From assembly GCF_003918875.1 (NCBI RefSeq), contig NW_025766581.1, positions 558,001-622,000 of the forward strand: a DNA stretch of 64,000 nt, written 5' to 3'. The notes beneath the pieces are model-generated. The model made no database searches. It worked only from the letters and a program-made list of their open reading frames with translations, and had not been told where the DNA came from. Positions 62,454 to 64,000 of this stretch are shown piece after piece (within the stretch, counting starts at the first letter, position 1; every line of letters begins with the position of its first letter). The DNA is from Haliotis rubra. Its lineage: Eukaryota. Position numbers and translations under genes: made by a program.

Positions 62454-63418
62454 CTAGGTGCTGATATGGTTGTAGGTGGATGTCAGTGGCAGCGTGATGC
62501 TAACTGGACCATCATCATCTAGCCAGGAATGGTAGTCGAACGTAGATATATGTCCCGAATACAGCTCGTCAATAGTCAGCTGAGGAAGAAGGAACAGTGT
62601 ATTTGTAAGTGATATTTATGATAAAGAGGAGCCAATTTTATGGGTTGACATCCATTGCAATAGTGGCGGTGGGGTAGCCTAATGGTTAAAGCGTTGGCTC
62701 GTCACGCCAAAGACCCGGGTTCGAATCCCTACATGGGTACAATGTGTGAAGCCCATTTCTGGTGTCCCCCGCCGTGATGTTAGCTGGAATATTGCAAAAG
62801 GCGGCGTAAAACCAAACTCAGTCAGTCAGTCCATTGCAATAAAGAAGTTGTCAATCCATAAAAATTTGTTCGTCTTCGTCAGAAATTCGGTATTGAAATT
62901 ATGGGACAAATGAGAGATGTATCCTTCCATATACCTAATCCGGGAGGAAGTTTCACTGTCACGTGTAATGTATTACAAATGGTCGACCTTTTATATACTG
63001 AACAACATTAGAAACGTACCACACATGCACCGACGATGCTCAAATATCATGGTTACATTTCAGTCTGACGGGGATATTTCGTATTAGATGGGTGGTGCGT
63101 TTCTAATGTTGTTCAGCATAGTTTAGGAGAATGGACATTCATAAGCCATCTCGTCCGTTCGTCACGCTGAAGACCCGGGTTCGATTCCCCACATGGGTAC
63201 AATGTGTGAAGTCCATTCCTGGTGTCCCCCGCCGTGATATTGCTGGAATATTGCCGAAAGCGGCGCAAAACCTCACTCACTCACTCATCTAAATACATTT
63301 ATAAGTTACATTGACAGAAGCTACCTTCTCGATGTACCACCCATCTCCGCCGTGCAGCTCCATGTATACGCTGTTGATTGAGCCGAGGGATGCAGAGCGG
63401 AAAAATACCTCGTTAACC
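62454..63418 (-). CDS. Last two coding exons (63418-63325, 62579-62454) of a PLAT/LH2-domain protein; 5' part outside the window
   Basis: tttcag|G VNEVFFRSASLGSINSVYMELHGGDGWYIEK|gtagct...ttcctcag|LTIDELYSGHISTFDYHSWLDDDGPVSITLPLTSTYNHIST*. Fits the PLAT pattern LGxI...GWxLxxVxV...F....WL, with consistent phase. Confidence 0.82.
62664..62830 (+). mobile_element. SINE family A, AGTC tail
   Basis: TSD tccattgcaata. Confidence 0.9.
62996..63118. mobile_element. Small Tc1-type MITE (~123 bp)
   Basis: TIRs tactgaacaacattagaaacgtaccac and gtggtgcgtttctaatgttgttcagca; TA flanks. Confidence 0.8.
63155..63287 (+). mobile_element. 5'-truncated SINE family A
   Basis: Consensus match. Confidence 0.85.
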
Positions 63419-63619
63419 CTGAAATCAAAAGTACATTCCATGTAGGTATTGGTATATTCTGGATTTATAATATGCTGCATGAGGATGGGTTTACGCCACT
63501 TTGACAATATTACAGCTATGTCACGTCCATGGACACCAGAAATGGGCTTTGCACTCTTTTACACAAGTTAATATGGAGATCTACAAGACAATGCCAATGC
63601 AACATTTCACATTTCTTTA

Positions 63620-64000
63620 TCATCCATTGTATTTAGACTGTGGATGTATTGTCACCCACTGTATTTAGACTGTGGATGTACTGTCATCCACTGTATTTAG
63701 ACTGTGGATGTATTGTCACCCACTGTATTTAGACTGTGGATGTACTGTCATCCACTGTATTTAGACTGTGGATGTATTGTCACCCACTGTATTTAGACTG
63801 TGGATGTACTGTCATCCACTGTATTTAGACTGTGGATGTATTGTCACTGTATTTAGACATGTATTGTATTTAGACTGTGGATGTACTGTCACCCACTGTA
63901 TTTAGACTGTGGATGTATTGTCACCCACTGTATTTAGACTGTGGATGTATTGTCACCCACTGTATTTAGACTGTGGATGTATTGTCACCCACTGTATTTA
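63620..64000. repeat. 32-bp minisatellite with alternating variants, running off the window
   Basis: tgtatttagactgtggatgta(t/c)tgtca(c/t)ccac at 32-bp period. Confidence 0.95.

Overview
AT-rich, intron-containing animal genomic DNA. The repeat landscape suggests a mollusc, possibly a gastropod such as abalone (inference). Genes: PIGX (minus strand, runs off the left edge) head-to-head with a complete 8-exon CHMP6/VPS20; an intronless ANKRD34/63-like ankyrin gene; an intact coiled-coil + NHL beta-propeller (TRIM-like, no RING/B-box) gene with a disrupted paralog; an uncharacterised single-exon gene broken by an 8-bp insertion; and the last two exons of a PLAT/LH2-domain gene at the right edge. 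The rest is repeat-rich: four decayed Tc1 (DD34E) elements, a deleted pogo/Tigger, several MITEs, at least three SINE-like families, four minisatellites, a 4.5-kb satellite with higher-order structure, and local duplications. No CRISPR or prokaryotic system is present. The best novelty candidates are (i) a retroposon family whose copies begin with a predicted pseudoknotted three-way-junction RNA rather than a complete tRNA head, (ii) a probable transposon-excision footprint that frameshifts a gene, and (iii) a satellite whose non-amplified seed copy lies about 1.3 kb away. All calls are by eye and unverified by database search.
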